A stretch of 64,000 bases of DNA, from the NCBI GenBank assembly GCA_963752955.1, contig CAVWAD010000007.1, forward strand, positions 148,947 through 212,946, in the 5' to 3' direction. A model generated the notes under the pieces. It made no database searches. It was not told where the DNA came from and saw only the letters and a list, made by a program, of their open reading frames with translations. Each line of letters opens with the position of its first letter. The stretch's first letter is position 1. A program made the position numbers and the translations under genes. This stretch comes from an uncultured archaeon (GTDB lineage: Archaea > Micrarchaeota > Micrarchaeia > Micrarchaeales > CABMGC01). Below, one piece after another: positions 28,462 through 37,840 of the stretch.

Positions 28462-29331
28462 TTATGGAGAAATTACTGTTGCATTGCTCAATTTAATGAC
28501 GTCTCTCACCTTCTTGAGATTCCCTATCGCGGCTATCTTTCCTGTCCTTCTGACGAAGTCCATGCAAGCCTCGACCTTTGGCAGCATGCTGCCCTCCTCG
28601 AACTGCCCGTCTGCAACGTGCCTTGCCAGCTCTCCTGCCGATGCTCTCCTTATCATCCTTGCTCCTGGGGTGTCGAAGTTCAGGAACGCCCCGTCGACGT
28701 TAGTGAGTATGAAGAGCCCGTCCGCCTTGAGCTTCACGGCGAGAAGGGACGAGGCGAGGTCCTTGTCTATCACCGCGTCGGCATAAGCGAGACGGCCGCC
28801 CCTGCGCACCACCGCGATGCCGCCGCCGCCCGCGGCTATCACCACGTACCCGTCGCCCAGCAACCGCCGTATCAGCCCCGTCTCGAGGATCTTCCTGGGC
28901 TTCGGAGAAGGGACCACCCTCCTGTAGCCGTGAATGAGCTTCCTGATTGTCATGCCTCTCCTTGCGGCGGCCCGAGCCTTCGCCTCGCTGATGAAGGGGC
29001 CTATGGGCTTGCTCGGGTGCCCGAACTCCGGGTCGCTTCCGTCAACCAGCACCCGAGTCAATACGATCGCGGGATTCGTGCGTGCCTGGCCCTTGGCAGA
29101 GTTGGCCAGGCGCAATTCCAGCTCCAGCCCGAGCTCCGCCTCGGTCTGGGCGGTCAGCACGGCGAGGTTCTTCCTCTCCACCAGGGCGAGTTCCCCGACC
29201 TGGGGGCCGTTCCCGTGGGTTATTACTATCTCCGCGCCCCTCCCGCGCAGCGCGGAGACCGCGGCGGCGAAGCCCTTGAGCACCCCCGCGTCGGAGAGCG
29301 CGTTCCCCCCGACAGCAATTACGTACCGCAT
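28462..29331 (-). CDS. arcC: Carbamate kinase
   Basis: VGGNAL, THGNGPQVG, P.KPIGPF, YRRVVPSP.P, AVIDKDLAS, GSMLPKVEA. Confidence 0.93.
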   Translation of the reverse strand: MRYVIAVGGNALSDAGVLKGFAAAVSALRGRGAEIVITHGNGPQVGELALVERKNLAVLTAQTEAELGLELELRLANSAKGQARTNPAIVLTRVLVDGSDPEFGHPSKPIGPFISEAKARAAARRGMTIRKLIHGYRRVVPSPKPRKILETGLIRRLLGDGYVVIAAGGGGIAVVRRGGRLAYADAVIDKDLASSLLAVKLKADGLFILTNVDGAFLNFDTPGARMIRRASAGELARHVADGQFEEGSMLPKVEACMDFVRRTGKIAAIGNLKKVRDVIKLSNATVISP

Positions 29332-29474
29332 GAGAATCCACCGACGACAGGCCCGCCTGCGTCAAGTGTCTTATGGCACCGCAATTATTAAATATCACCC
29401 AAGGCCATTATGATTTAGGAATTGCAGAGGCGCGGCGGGTGGGAAACACGTGCGCTGAAGGTGGGGTAGATGAG

Positions 29475-29759
29475 ATGGGGAAAATCGAGAAGAGAAGCTT
29501 AGCTGAGGGGCTGGGTGAGGACGTCGAGAGGCGTCTCATAGCGAACGGCTGCTTCCGCTGCAACAGGCAGCTGGGGGACAGGGAGGTGAAGGTGCTTCTC
29601 CCGAGATACGTTCAGGAAAGGGACCCTTACGTGAGCGGCGGAGTGGTCAGGAGGAGGTTCATGTGCCTCAATTGCTACAACCGGCTTAGGTCCTTAGGCA
29701 GAGCAAACAGGGCGCCGGCCAGGGCCGCCAGCCAGAGTCAAGTGCAGATCCTCTGCTGA
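29475..29759 (+). CDS. Small Zn-finger-like protein
   Basis: CFRC...CLNC pairs; 94 aa. Confidence 0.65.
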   Translation: MGKIEKRSLAEGLGEDVERRLIANGCFRCNRQLGDREVKVLLPRYVQERDPYVSGGVVRRRFMCLNCYNRLRSLGRANRAPARAASQSQVQILC

Positions 29760-29867
29760 ATTAGAATTATAGGGATCTTGCGGCCGGGGTGCGGCACGAA
29801 GATAGAATTAGTACTGCTTGTTTTAGAGATCGGTTCCGGGGGCTGCCGCCGACTGCGGCCGGCCTCT

Positions 29868-30677
29868 TCACTTTACGCTTCCCTTGCCAGCGGCAGGTGA
29901 CATGCTGACCGCGACCATGTGGTAGTTGTTGTCGAAGCCGAGAGCCGACTTGAACGCGTCGGTGCCCAGGGTTATGGTGCTGTCGGAGTAGGGATCCACC
30001 ACGTAGAACGTGTCCTTGTCGTAGCCCTTCACGACCACCCAGTGCGGCATCGAGTCCAGGTACGAGTTTATTATCCTCGCGTCTATGAGCACTATCGGTA
30101 TGTGGTTCGATGAGAGCGCCCTCTTTATCGTGTTGAGGTTGACCACCCCGTGCTCCTCCTCCACGCCCGCGGTCTCCGACTTCTGCTTTATCTCGTTGAA
30201 GGACGCGACCAGCGTGTCGAGGTTGACGTTCTCGTAGACGGCCATCTTCTTCTCGTAGCCCTCGTCCTTGGTGTTGCTCACTATGCCCACCTTGGCGCCC
30301 CTCTTCGCAAGGGCGTACGCCAGACCGTACTTCGAGCCGTACCAGACGCTGCCGTTGACCGCCTCCTGCCATATGCTGTACTCGTGCTCCCTCTTGAACT
30401 TGAACCCGGGATTCACGTACTTGAGCGCCATCATCGCGCACGCCGCAGAGCTGGTGAAGTCCTCAGTCTGCGCGTAGCTGGGCATGTCGACCAGCACGCT
30501 GTCCTTCACCTTGGCCTTCTTCATCTTCGAGATGACCGAGTTAAAGGCTGCCTTTGCGCCTGCCTTCGCGCGCGCCTTTGCGCCCGACTTGCGGCTAGCT
30601 TTCGCCTTTGCCTTTGTCTTCATCTTTGCCTTCATCTTTGTTTTTGCCCTTTTCGTCTTCTTTTCCATAGAGTCCAC
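29868..30677 (-). CDS. Peptidase C39-like protein (DUF3335-like) with Lys/Ala-rich N-tail
   Basis: Y.QT.DFT..AAC.MMAL, E..IWQE, HWVVV.GYD, Y.VDP; expected catalytic Cys replaced by Ser. Confidence 0.75.
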   Translation of the reverse strand: MDSMEKKTKRAKTKMKAKMKTKAKAKASRKSGAKARAKAGAKAAFNSVISKMKKAKVKDSVLVDMPSYAQTEDFTSSAACAMMALKYVNPGFKFKREHEYSIWQEAVNGSVWYGSKYGLAYALAKRGAKVGIVSNTKDEGYEKKMAVYENVNLDTLVASFNEIKQKSETAGVEEEHGVVNLNTIKRALSSNHIPIVLIDARIINSYLDSMPHWVVVKGYDKDTFYVVDPYSDSTITLGTDAFKSALGFDNNYHMVAVSMSPAAGKGSVK

Positions 30678-30693
30678 CCCTTAATTAGAAGCG

Positions 30694-30792
30694 TGCAGGG
30701 AGAGAGATTTGCTCAAATGTTTTGAACTCTCGTAGGCCTTAGGCCAGCAGATCTTGAGTCTGCCGCGTTTGACCAGGCTCCGCCATCCCTGC
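30694..30792 (-). tRNA. tRNA-Leu(CAA) with 13-nt non-canonical intron at 58/59 (30709-30721)
   Basis: Acceptor GCAGGGA/TCCCTGC, anticodon arm GCAGA-CT CAA GA-TCTGC, long variable arm; T-loop region 20 nt, restored to TTCAAAT by removing AACATTTGAGCAA. Confidence 0.9.
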
Positions 30793-30909
30793 ACGGATAT
30801 AAATTATTAGGGATACATTAAAATCCTTTCACAGCAATATTGATATTTACTGGTATTTAACCTTTGGCGTTAAAAACGACGGAGAAATACGGTTGCTTTT
30901 GGTGCTTGC

Positions 30910-33846
30910 GTGGAATTGAAAAAACTGAGCGATTTCAAGTTCGAGATAGAGAGGGATGAAAGCAGGGGGATGACCACCAATGTCGTCGCTTACACCACCG
31001 ATGCGATGCTCGAGAAGATAAAGACGGACAGGACCCTGCAGCAGGCTGTAAACGCGTCCTCGCTCCCGGGCATAGTCGGGAACGTGCTGTTGATGCCGGA
31101 TGCGCACGAGGGCTACGGGTTCCCCGTCGGGGGCGTCGTGGCCTTCGATTCCGACAGCGGCATAATATCTCCTGGTGCAGTGGGGTACGACATAAACTGC
31201 CTTGTGCCAGGTACCAAGGTCTACGACGATAACGGATCATGGCGTGCTATCTCAGATTTTAGAAGCGGCGAGACGGTTTCTATATTCGACAGGTCAAGGG
31301 GTTGCGTCGCCGAAGCCAAGGTGTTGCTCGCAATGAAGAAAGGAAACTGCGATAAGGTACTTAAAATAAAGACGAAACTTGGGAAGGAGGTGACAGCGAC
31401 AAAGGATCACCCAATACTGACCGACAAAGGAATGGTAAATGCTGGACTGCTTAATAAGGGCGACATACTCGCAGTCAGGGGTTTCGATGGCATCGAGTAC
31501 GTACATCCTCTTAGAAAGCCAATAGTTACGAGCGATGCCATAGCCGAGGTTCTTGATTCGCAGGGAATCGGAGACGCGGGCAATGCAAAAAAGATAGTTC
31601 TCAATTTCCTAAAGAAGCGTGGCCTGGTCGAGATGCATTCCGATGATGGAAAGCTTCCTATACTCATAAAACTGATCGGTTTCATTCTGGGTGACGGGAC
31701 AATACCCCAAAATCTAAGGAAGTCCTGGGTAACAATCTACGGCAAGGAGGACGATTTGCTAAGCGTGAAATATGATTTGCAAAAGTTGGATATCAGGGGC
31801 AGTATCAGTCACAGGTCTAGGCATCACAAAATAACCACGAAATACGGCACTCAGGAATTTGACTACGAAGAATATTCGCTGAAAATCAGTTCGATTGCCT
31901 TTTGCGCGCTGCTAATTGCGCTCGGAGCACCACAGGGCAACAAATCAGCGAAAGCTTATCGCGTCCCAGAGTGGATTGTCAACTCCGAAGACTGGCAGAA
32001 GAGGCTGTTCCTGTCGGCATATTTCGGCGCCGAAATGACAAAGCCGTTGACAAACAATGGATACAATTTTGGCTGCCCTGCTTTTAGCGTGAGCAAATTG
32101 GAGAGCCTACAGGACAATGCGGTGGCATTCCTGCTCGACATTAAGGCGATGTTGGCTTCCCTCGGAATAGAGACTTCGAACCCCATGATAGTTGAAGGTT
32201 ACCGTTACAAAGGTATCAGAGGAAACACAGTTGGGACTAGGCTCGCGATAGAGTCTAATACGGACAACTTGATACGATTTTTCGGCACTGTTGGGTACTC
32301 GTATAACAAGGAAAAAGAAAGGCTTTCCAGCCTGGCTACGCTATATTTGACCCTTGTCAAAAACATAAGGGAAGAACGAGACACGATAAGGCAAAATGCC
32401 ATTGCGATGTATGTGCAGGGCACCTCTCCTAAGGAGATAATTGCTGATCTTGAGTGTAAAACCGCCGGAAAAAGCTTTATACGGCACAGCATTTGGCAGA
32501 GCAGAGGGAACGCGCGAGTTTGGACAGAGCAGAGATTTGACGCGTTCATAGAGAAGTTTGAGATAGGGAAAAGTGGTTTCATCTATGATGAGGTCGAATC
32601 TATCGTAGAAGAAGATTACAATGGCGATGTGTTTGACATAACGGTCGACAACGCAAACCACAACTTCATCGCCAACGGAATCGTGGTTTCGAACTGCGGC
32701 ATCCGGCTGATAAAGACGAACCTTACCGAGAAGGAGATCAGGCCCCAATTGAACCGGCTTCTGGACGCGATGTTCAAGAACGTGCCGAGCGGGGTGGGCA
32801 GCAGGCTGAAGACGGGCTTCTCGCAGGAGGACCTTGAAAGGACGTCGCTCGAAGGAGTAGGCTACGCGCTTGAGAAGGGTTACGGTATTCCTGGGGACCT
32901 GGGCCGCGTGGAGGAAGACGGCGCAATGAAGGGCGCAGACTTCTCCAAGGTCAGCGACGACGCGAAGAAGAGGGGCATCGACGAGCTCGGCACGCTCGGC
33001 GCGGGCAACCACTTCCTCGAGGTGCAGAAGGTCGAGAGTGTCATTGACGAGAAGACTGCGAAGGCGTACGGCCTCTTCAGGGGCCAGGTGGTCGTGATGG
33101 TTCACTGCGGATCCCGCGGATTCGGGCACCAGATATGCAGCGACTACCTGAGGTCGCTGGTCGGATACCAGGCCAAGAAGAAGATCCAGCTCGTCGACAG
33201 GGAGCTGAGCTACGCGAGGATAGGGGACAGGGAGGCGGACGAGTACCTCTCGGCCATGAAATGCGCCGTGAACTACGCTTTCGCCAACAGGCAGATGATA
33301 ACCCACGCCGTGAGGAAGAGCTTCGAGGCGGTCTTCGGAAAGAGCTCCGACGCGCTCGGCATGGACCTGCTCTACGACGTGGCGCACAACATAGCCAAGC
33401 TCGAGGAGCACGTCGTCGGTGGGAGGAAGGTAAAGGTCTATGTCCACAGGAAGGGCGCGACGAGGGCCTTCGCGAAGGGCAGGGCGGAGGTGCCGAAGGA
33501 GTACAGGGGCATAGGCCAGCCCGTCATCATACCGGGAAGCATGGGCACCGCGAGCTACGTGCTCTGCGGCCTGGAGGGGGCGATGCGCGAGACTTTCGGC
33601 ACGACCTGCCACGGTTCGGGAAGAGTGATGTCAAGGAGCCAGGCGCTGAGGGAGATCCCTGTGAGCAGGACGCTGGAGTCGCTGAAGAGCAAGGGCATAG
33701 AGCTGCGCGTGAGGAGCCAGAAGCTGATAAGCGAGGAGTCGGAGTGGGTCTACAAGAACATCGACGACGTCGTAGCGGTCGTCGAGGGGGCCGGCATCTC
33801 CAACATAGTGAGCAGGAACGTGCCGCTGGGCGTCATCAAGGGCTGA
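30910..33846 (+). CDS. rtcB: RNA-splicing ligase RtcB, intein-containing
   Basis: MPDAHEGYGFPVGG, GYDIN|CGIR, GTLGAGNHFLE, H.GSRG.GH, HRKGAT, PGSMG, HGSGR. Confidence 0.95.
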   Translation: MELKKLSDFKFEIERDESRGMTTNVVAYTTDAMLEKIKTDRTLQQAVNASSLPGIVGNVLLMPDAHEGYGFPVGGVVAFDSDSGIISPGAVGYDINCLVPGTKVYDDNGSWRAISDFRSGETVSIFDRSRGCVAEAKVLLAMKKGNCDKVLKIKTKLGKEVTATKDHPILTDKGMVNAGLLNKGDILAVRGFDGIEYVHPLRKPIVTSDAIAEVLDSQGIGDAGNAKKIVLNFLKKRGLVEMHSDDGKLPILIKLIGFILGDGTIPQNLRKSWVTIYGKEDDLLSVKYDLQKLDIRGSISHRSRHHKITTKYGTQEFDYEEYSLKISSIAFCALLIALGAPQGNKSAKAYRVPEWIVNSEDWQKRLFLSAYFGAEMTKPLTNNGYNFGCPAFSVSKLESLQDNAVAFLLDIKAMLASLGIETSNPMIVEGYRYKGIRGNTVGTRLAIESNTDNLIRFFGTVGYSYNKEKERLSSLATLYLTLVKNIREERDTIRQNAIAMYVQGTSPKEIIADLECKTAGKSFIRHSIWQSRGNARVWTEQRFDAFIEKFEIGKSGFIYDEVESIVEEDYNGDVFDITVDNANHNFIANGIVVSNCGIRLIKTNLTEKEIRPQLNRLLDAMFKNVPSGVGSRLKTGFSQEDLERTSLEGVGYALEKGYGIPGDLGRVEEDGAMKGADFSKVSDDAKKRGIDELGTLGAGNHFLEVQKVESVIDEKTAKAYGLFRGQVVVMVHCGSRGFGHQICSDYLRSLVGYQAKKKIQLVDRELSYARIGDREADEYLSAMKCAVNYAFANRQMITHAVRKSFEAVFGKSSDALGMDLLYDVAHNIAKLEEHVVGGRKVKVYVHRKGATRAFAKGRAEVPKEYRGIGQPVIIPGSMGTASYVLCGLEGAMRETFGTTCHGSGRVMSRSQALREIPVSRTLESLKSKGIELRVRSQKLISEESEWVYKNIDDVVAVVEGAGISNIVSRNVPLGVIKG
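31198..32694 (+). mobile_element. RtcB intein (499 aa) with LAGLIDADG homing endonuclease
   Basis: Starts CLVPGT, block B TKDHPI, LIGFILGDG and FLSAYFGAE, ends HNFIANGIVVSN before Cys; lower GC than the extein. Confidence 0.93.
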
Positions 33847-33848
33847 CC

Positions 33849-34673
33849 CTACATCTCCGAGGCGGATTGAACGTTCATTATCGTGGCGAGCAGCTGAGCG
33901 GACATCCTCACGTCGGCCTTCTGCCCAAGCGCCGCCAGCACCTTGCTAGCTTCGACCAGCCTCCCGTTTCTCGCGAGGTGCTCGGCCAGATAGTAGAAGG
34001 CGTTAGCTTCGTTGGTCTTGAGCGCGTCGGATAGCCTCAGCTCTGCGGCGAGCGTCCGGGCCCGCACTCCGTACACCATGTTCGCGTAGACGAGGATGGG
34101 ATCCTGGCTGTCCTGCTCGGTGAGCCTGCCGAGAGCCCTTGATGCGTCGGTGAGCCTGTGCAGCTTCACCTCCGACATGAACCTGATGTAAAGGAGCTCC
34201 CTGCTCGGTGAGCCTGCCTCTAGCGCGCCGGCCGCCGCCGACGCCGCACGGTAGAAACACTCCTTCCATTTCGAGGCGAGGTCGAGGCTTCCCCTGATGC
34301 TGGCGTAGTTCCCCTCCATGAATCCGGACAGCGCGTAGTTCTTGCTGCGATAGCTAGAGTCTGAAGAGAACTGGTAGAAGAGCGCGGAGATGTAGAAGGT
34401 CTCCGGGTCCTGATTCTTCTCAAGGAGCCTCTCCAGGTCCGCGAGCGCATCCTTCCCCGTGCCCCCGCCGGATCTGTCCTGCATCCGCTGGAACTCCTCG
34501 GGGCCGGGACGTTCGCGGTTTCTCTCCTCGCCCCCGCCCACGGCCTGCTCGCAGAAATTGCATATTCCCCTCTTGCCGTTCGCGGATCTCGTCACCGCGC
34601 CGCAGTGGGCGCACCTCAGCTCCGAGAAGTTGGCCTTCTCAAGCGCCCTTAGGTATTTCCTGTAGTTTATCAC
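33849..34673 (-). CDS. Zn-ribbon plus helical (TPR-like) hypothetical protein
   Basis: CAHC...CNFC, then Ala/Leu/Tyr-rich helical repeats (AFYYLAEHL..NG...EA). Confidence 0.65.
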   Translation of the reverse strand: MINYRKYLRALEKANFSELRCAHCGAVTRSANGKRGICNFCEQAVGGGEERNRERPGPEEFQRMQDRSGGGTGKDALADLERLLEKNQDPETFYISALFYQFSSDSSYRSKNYALSGFMEGNYASIRGSLDLASKWKECFYRAASAAAGALEAGSPSRELLYIRFMSEVKLHRLTDASRALGRLTEQDSQDPILVYANMVYGVRARTLAAELRLSDALKTNEANAFYYLAEHLARNGRLVEASKVLAALGQKADVRMSAQLLATIMNVQSASEM

Positions 34674-34783
34674 CGCCCCTGCCCCGTTTCAATTTCCCGA
34701 TGCGGCACCTGTTGCGCACATGCGCCGCGCAAAGATAAATGATTCCAAAAGCTCAAAAGCCTGACGTTCCACGGACCCGCACC

Positions 34784-35446
34784 TCAGGTTTTCTTCCTCA
34801 GGACGACGAAAAGGTGCATCTTGGAGTAGGGGGCCAGGTCTATCTTCTCCAGCACGTCGAACGCGCCCGATATCTCCTCCAGGAATGCCTTGTACACGCT
34901 CTGCGGATCCTTAGAGACGTCTATGCTCTGCGACTTGATCGCGACGTAGGCGAAGCCCCTGCTCTTCAGGAGCCTGCCGTTCCTCAGCAGTATGTCCGAC
35001 TGGTCCCTCGCGGCTATGTCCTGGTACAGCGCATCACACGGCTCGATGTCCCCCGCGTAGTCGTCCACGTTCCTGGCGTCGAGGAGCATCGGCAGCATGT
35101 TCGGCCGCGCCTCGCATACCTTTACGAGCTCGCGCATGCTCCTCTCCGATATCTCGACGCAGTAAACGACGCCCGAATCGCCGACGATGTCGCTGACATG
35201 GCTGCTCGTCGTGCCCGTGGCCGCCCCCAGGTAGAGCACCTTGGCGCCCCTCTTTATGGACATGTTCTTCATGCCGTTGAGCATCGCGGCGGCGAGCTTG
35301 CTCCGGTACGGGTTCCACAGCCGGTACTCCTCGCCGCTGATCTCGGCGAGCTCCTCGTCATAGACCCGCGCGCCCGGGACGAGGTTCCGCGTGGCCAGCT
35401 TGCCGTTCACCTTGAACACCCCCTCGAATACCTCCTTGACTTTCAT
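34784..35446 (-). CDS. flpA: Fibrillarin-like rRNA/tRNA 2'-O-methyltransferase
   Basis: YRLWNPYRSKLAAA, VLYLGAATGTTSSHVSDIVG, YQDIA. Confidence 0.95.
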   Translation of the reverse strand: MKVKEVFEGVFKVNGKLATRNLVPGARVYDEELAEISGEEYRLWNPYRSKLAAAMLNGMKNMSIKRGAKVLYLGAATGTTSSHVSDIVGDSGVVYCVEISERSMRELVKVCEARPNMLPMLLDARNVDDYAGDIEPCDALYQDIAARDQSDILLRNGRLLKSRGFAYVAIKSQSIDVSKDPQSVYKAFLEEISGAFDVLEKIDLAPYSKMHLFVVLRKKT

Positions 35447-35523
35447 GCTACTTCCTTTTTATGCAATTATCTCTACTTTACGTTAAACCTATTTAATTTA
35501 GTAAGCGATTCTAATCCGAGGCC

Positions 35524-37779
35524 ATGGCGGAACCAGTTTCGATCGACAGGCTCATCGCAGAGATCCTTGCAGCCGGCGCTTCGGCCGGAGGCGCAGAAGA
35601 CGTGCTCGAGGGGTCGTGCCGGAAGATGAAGGAGCTGCTGCCCGTCGACGACGCGAGGATTCGAAGCACCTACCAGAGCAAGGCGGGAATCTCCGCGCTT
35701 GAGGAGTTCGTGATCAACACCGGCAAGCCGTACGTCGACAACAGGCTCAGCGACTACTCCGCGTTCCAGGAACTCGTGAAGTACTTCAACGCGGGCTTCA
35801 AGAGCTGCGCGCTGATCCCGGTGTTCTTCGAGGGCAAGAACGTATTCGTGCTCACGCTGCTCTCCCGGGTCGAGGACGGCTTTGGCGACGCCCTCATGGA
35901 GAAGGCGGGCCTCGTCTCGAACATAGTCGGCTACCGCGCGGTGGCGGCCGTGGAGAGGAAGAGGAGCCTCGACCTCGCGAACTACTTCGACGCCGCCTTC
36001 AACTCAGGCGCGGCGCAGTTCCTCGTGGACAGGAGCGGCGCCATAGTCAAGGCGAACAAGTGCGCGCTTGGGACCCTAGGGAAGACCCAGAGGGAGGTCA
36101 GCGACAGGAAGATAGAGGAGATCTTCGGCATAGACGCGAACACGATCGAGGGCCTTGCGAAGGGGCACAGCGCCGAGATAAAGGACGGGCGCGGCGAGGG
36201 CAAGACTTACAGGGCCACCGCGAGCAGGGTCAACGACAAGCTGACGCTGCTCTCCGCCTACGACGTCACCGACCTGAAGATGCTCGGCGAGGAGGCGAGA
36301 CTGCTGGAGTACAGCCCGGGTGACGTCTTCATGCTGCTCGACGGGGACACGAAGATAGTGTGGGTCAGCGACAACGTCAACAGGATACTGAAGGTGCGCA
36401 AGGAGGCGGTGCTGGGCAGCAGGCTCTCGGACATCGCCGACGGAGGGAAGGACCTCGTGGAGATAATCAAGGCGTCCCCGGACCCGTACGCGGCGCCGCT
36501 CAGGATAAGCATAGGGAACGACGTCTTCGCGGACGTGAAGTCCGTGTTCTTCAGGAACTCCTTCGGTGGGCTCTCCTGCGTCCTCTCCGAGAACAACCTC
36601 GAGAAGTACGTCAGCAACATGCAGAAGACGATAGAGGAGCTCGTCGAGCACACTGGGGACGCCGTCATAACGATAGACGCCTTCGGGTACGTCAAGGGCG
36701 TGAACAGGAGCGCGGAGAAGCTACTGGGATACGCCAAGGGCGAGCTCAGCGGCAGCGCCGTGCAGCTCCTGTACTCGGACCAGGACAGCCAGGAGAGGCT
36801 GAGCGCGTCGCTGTCGGCGGCGAAGAGCAACGGGGTGGTGGAGAACGTCATGGTTAACCTGAGGACGAAGGACAGCGAGGAGGCCGTGCCGTGCGAGCAG
36901 GCCATAAGGTGCATGGTCGACGCGGAGAACGGGCTGGTCGGCTACATGATAATGACGAAGGAGCTCGCCACTAGGCTCGAGAACGAGAGGCTGAAGGAGG
37001 ACCTCGAGGACTCGATAAGGGAGTGGGAGAAGGCGAAAGGGGAGAGCGAGCTCAAGACGCAGTTCATAAACAACATATCGCACGACCTGAAGACGCCGCT
37101 CACGAACATCAAGGGGTTCTCCAAGCTGTTCCTCGAAGACACTTTCGGCGCGCTAACGGCCGAGCAGAAGGAGTACATAACGATAATCGGCAACGAGGCC
37201 GACAGGCTCATGGAGCTCATAATGCAGATACTCGAGGTGGCGAAGCTCGAGTCCGGCAAGATAAGGCTGGACCTGCAGCCGGTGAACCTCGCGGAGCTCG
37301 CGAGGACGCCGAGCCTCAACACCCTGGTCGAGGTGGCGCACAACAAGGGGCTGGAGTTCGGCGACTGGAGCATCGACTACGACGTACCCGAGATACAGGC
37401 CGACCCGAACAGGCTGATACAGGTCTTCGCAAACCTCATCGGCAACGCGCTGAAGTTCACTGAGAAGGGGAGCATAAAGGTCAAGATCGTCCGGAAGGGC
37501 AGGACCGGCATCCTGATAGAGGTCACCGACACCGGAATTGGCATAGGCAAGGAGGACAAGACCAAGCTCTTCAAGAAGTTCTTCCAGCTCCAGAGGAAGG
37601 ACCTGAAGAAGCAGGAGGGGTCCGGCACCGGCCTGGGGCTGAGCATAGCCAAGGAGATAGTGAAGCTCCACGGGGGCAAGATAGGCGTGACATCGGAGCC
37701 GGGCAAGGGCAGCACGTTCTGGTTCACGCTCCCGATATCGGGCAAGAAAAAGAAGAAGGAGGGCGACGCGAAGCAGTAG
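35524..37779 (+). CDS. Cytoplasmic sensor histidine kinase (GAF-like + multiple PAS + HisKA + HATPase)
   Basis: PAS signatures (DAVITID..G....VN..AE.LLGY), H-box ISHDLKTPL, N-box QVFANLIGNALKF, DTGIGI, GTGLGLSI, GKGSTF; no TM. Confidence 0.93.
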   Translation: MAEPVSIDRLIAEILAAGASAGGAEDVLEGSCRKMKELLPVDDARIRSTYQSKAGISALEEFVINTGKPYVDNRLSDYSAFQELVKYFNAGFKSCALIPVFFEGKNVFVLTLLSRVEDGFGDALMEKAGLVSNIVGYRAVAAVERKRSLDLANYFDAAFNSGAAQFLVDRSGAIVKANKCALGTLGKTQREVSDRKIEEIFGIDANTIEGLAKGHSAEIKDGRGEGKTYRATASRVNDKLTLLSAYDVTDLKMLGEEARLLEYSPGDVFMLLDGDTKIVWVSDNVNRILKVRKEAVLGSRLSDIADGGKDLVEIIKASPDPYAAPLRISIGNDVFADVKSVFFRNSFGGLSCVLSENNLEKYVSNMQKTIEELVEHTGDAVITIDAFGYVKGVNRSAEKLLGYAKGELSGSAVQLLYSDQDSQERLSASLSAAKSNGVVENVMVNLRTKDSEEAVPCEQAIRCMVDAENGLVGYMIMTKELATRLENERLKEDLEDSIREWEKAKGESELKTQFINNISHDLKTPLTNIKGFSKLFLEDTFGALTAEQKEYITIIGNEADRLMELIMQILEVAKLESGKIRLDLQPVNLAELARTPSLNTLVEVAHNKGLEFGDWSIDYDVPEIQADPNRLIQVFANLIGNALKFTEKGSIKVKIVRKGRTGILIEVTDTGIGIGKEDKTKLFKKFFQLQRKDLKKQEGSGTGLGLSIAKEIVKLHGGKIGVTSEPGKGSTFWFTLPISGKKKKKEGDAKQ

Positions 37780-37840
37780 CGGGCGCATAGGCCAACCTGC
37801 AGACCGTTCGCTTCCCTGCGGTAAATGGAGACCTAGCGCA

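Noticed and set aside
28462-29331. Arginine deiminase pathway operon
   Set aside because: Only carbamate kinase is present; no arcA/arcB in the window
29765-29867. GC-rich imperfect inverted repeats as a possible ncRNA
   Set aside because: No tRNA, SRP or C/D features recognised; may only be a terminator region between convergent genes
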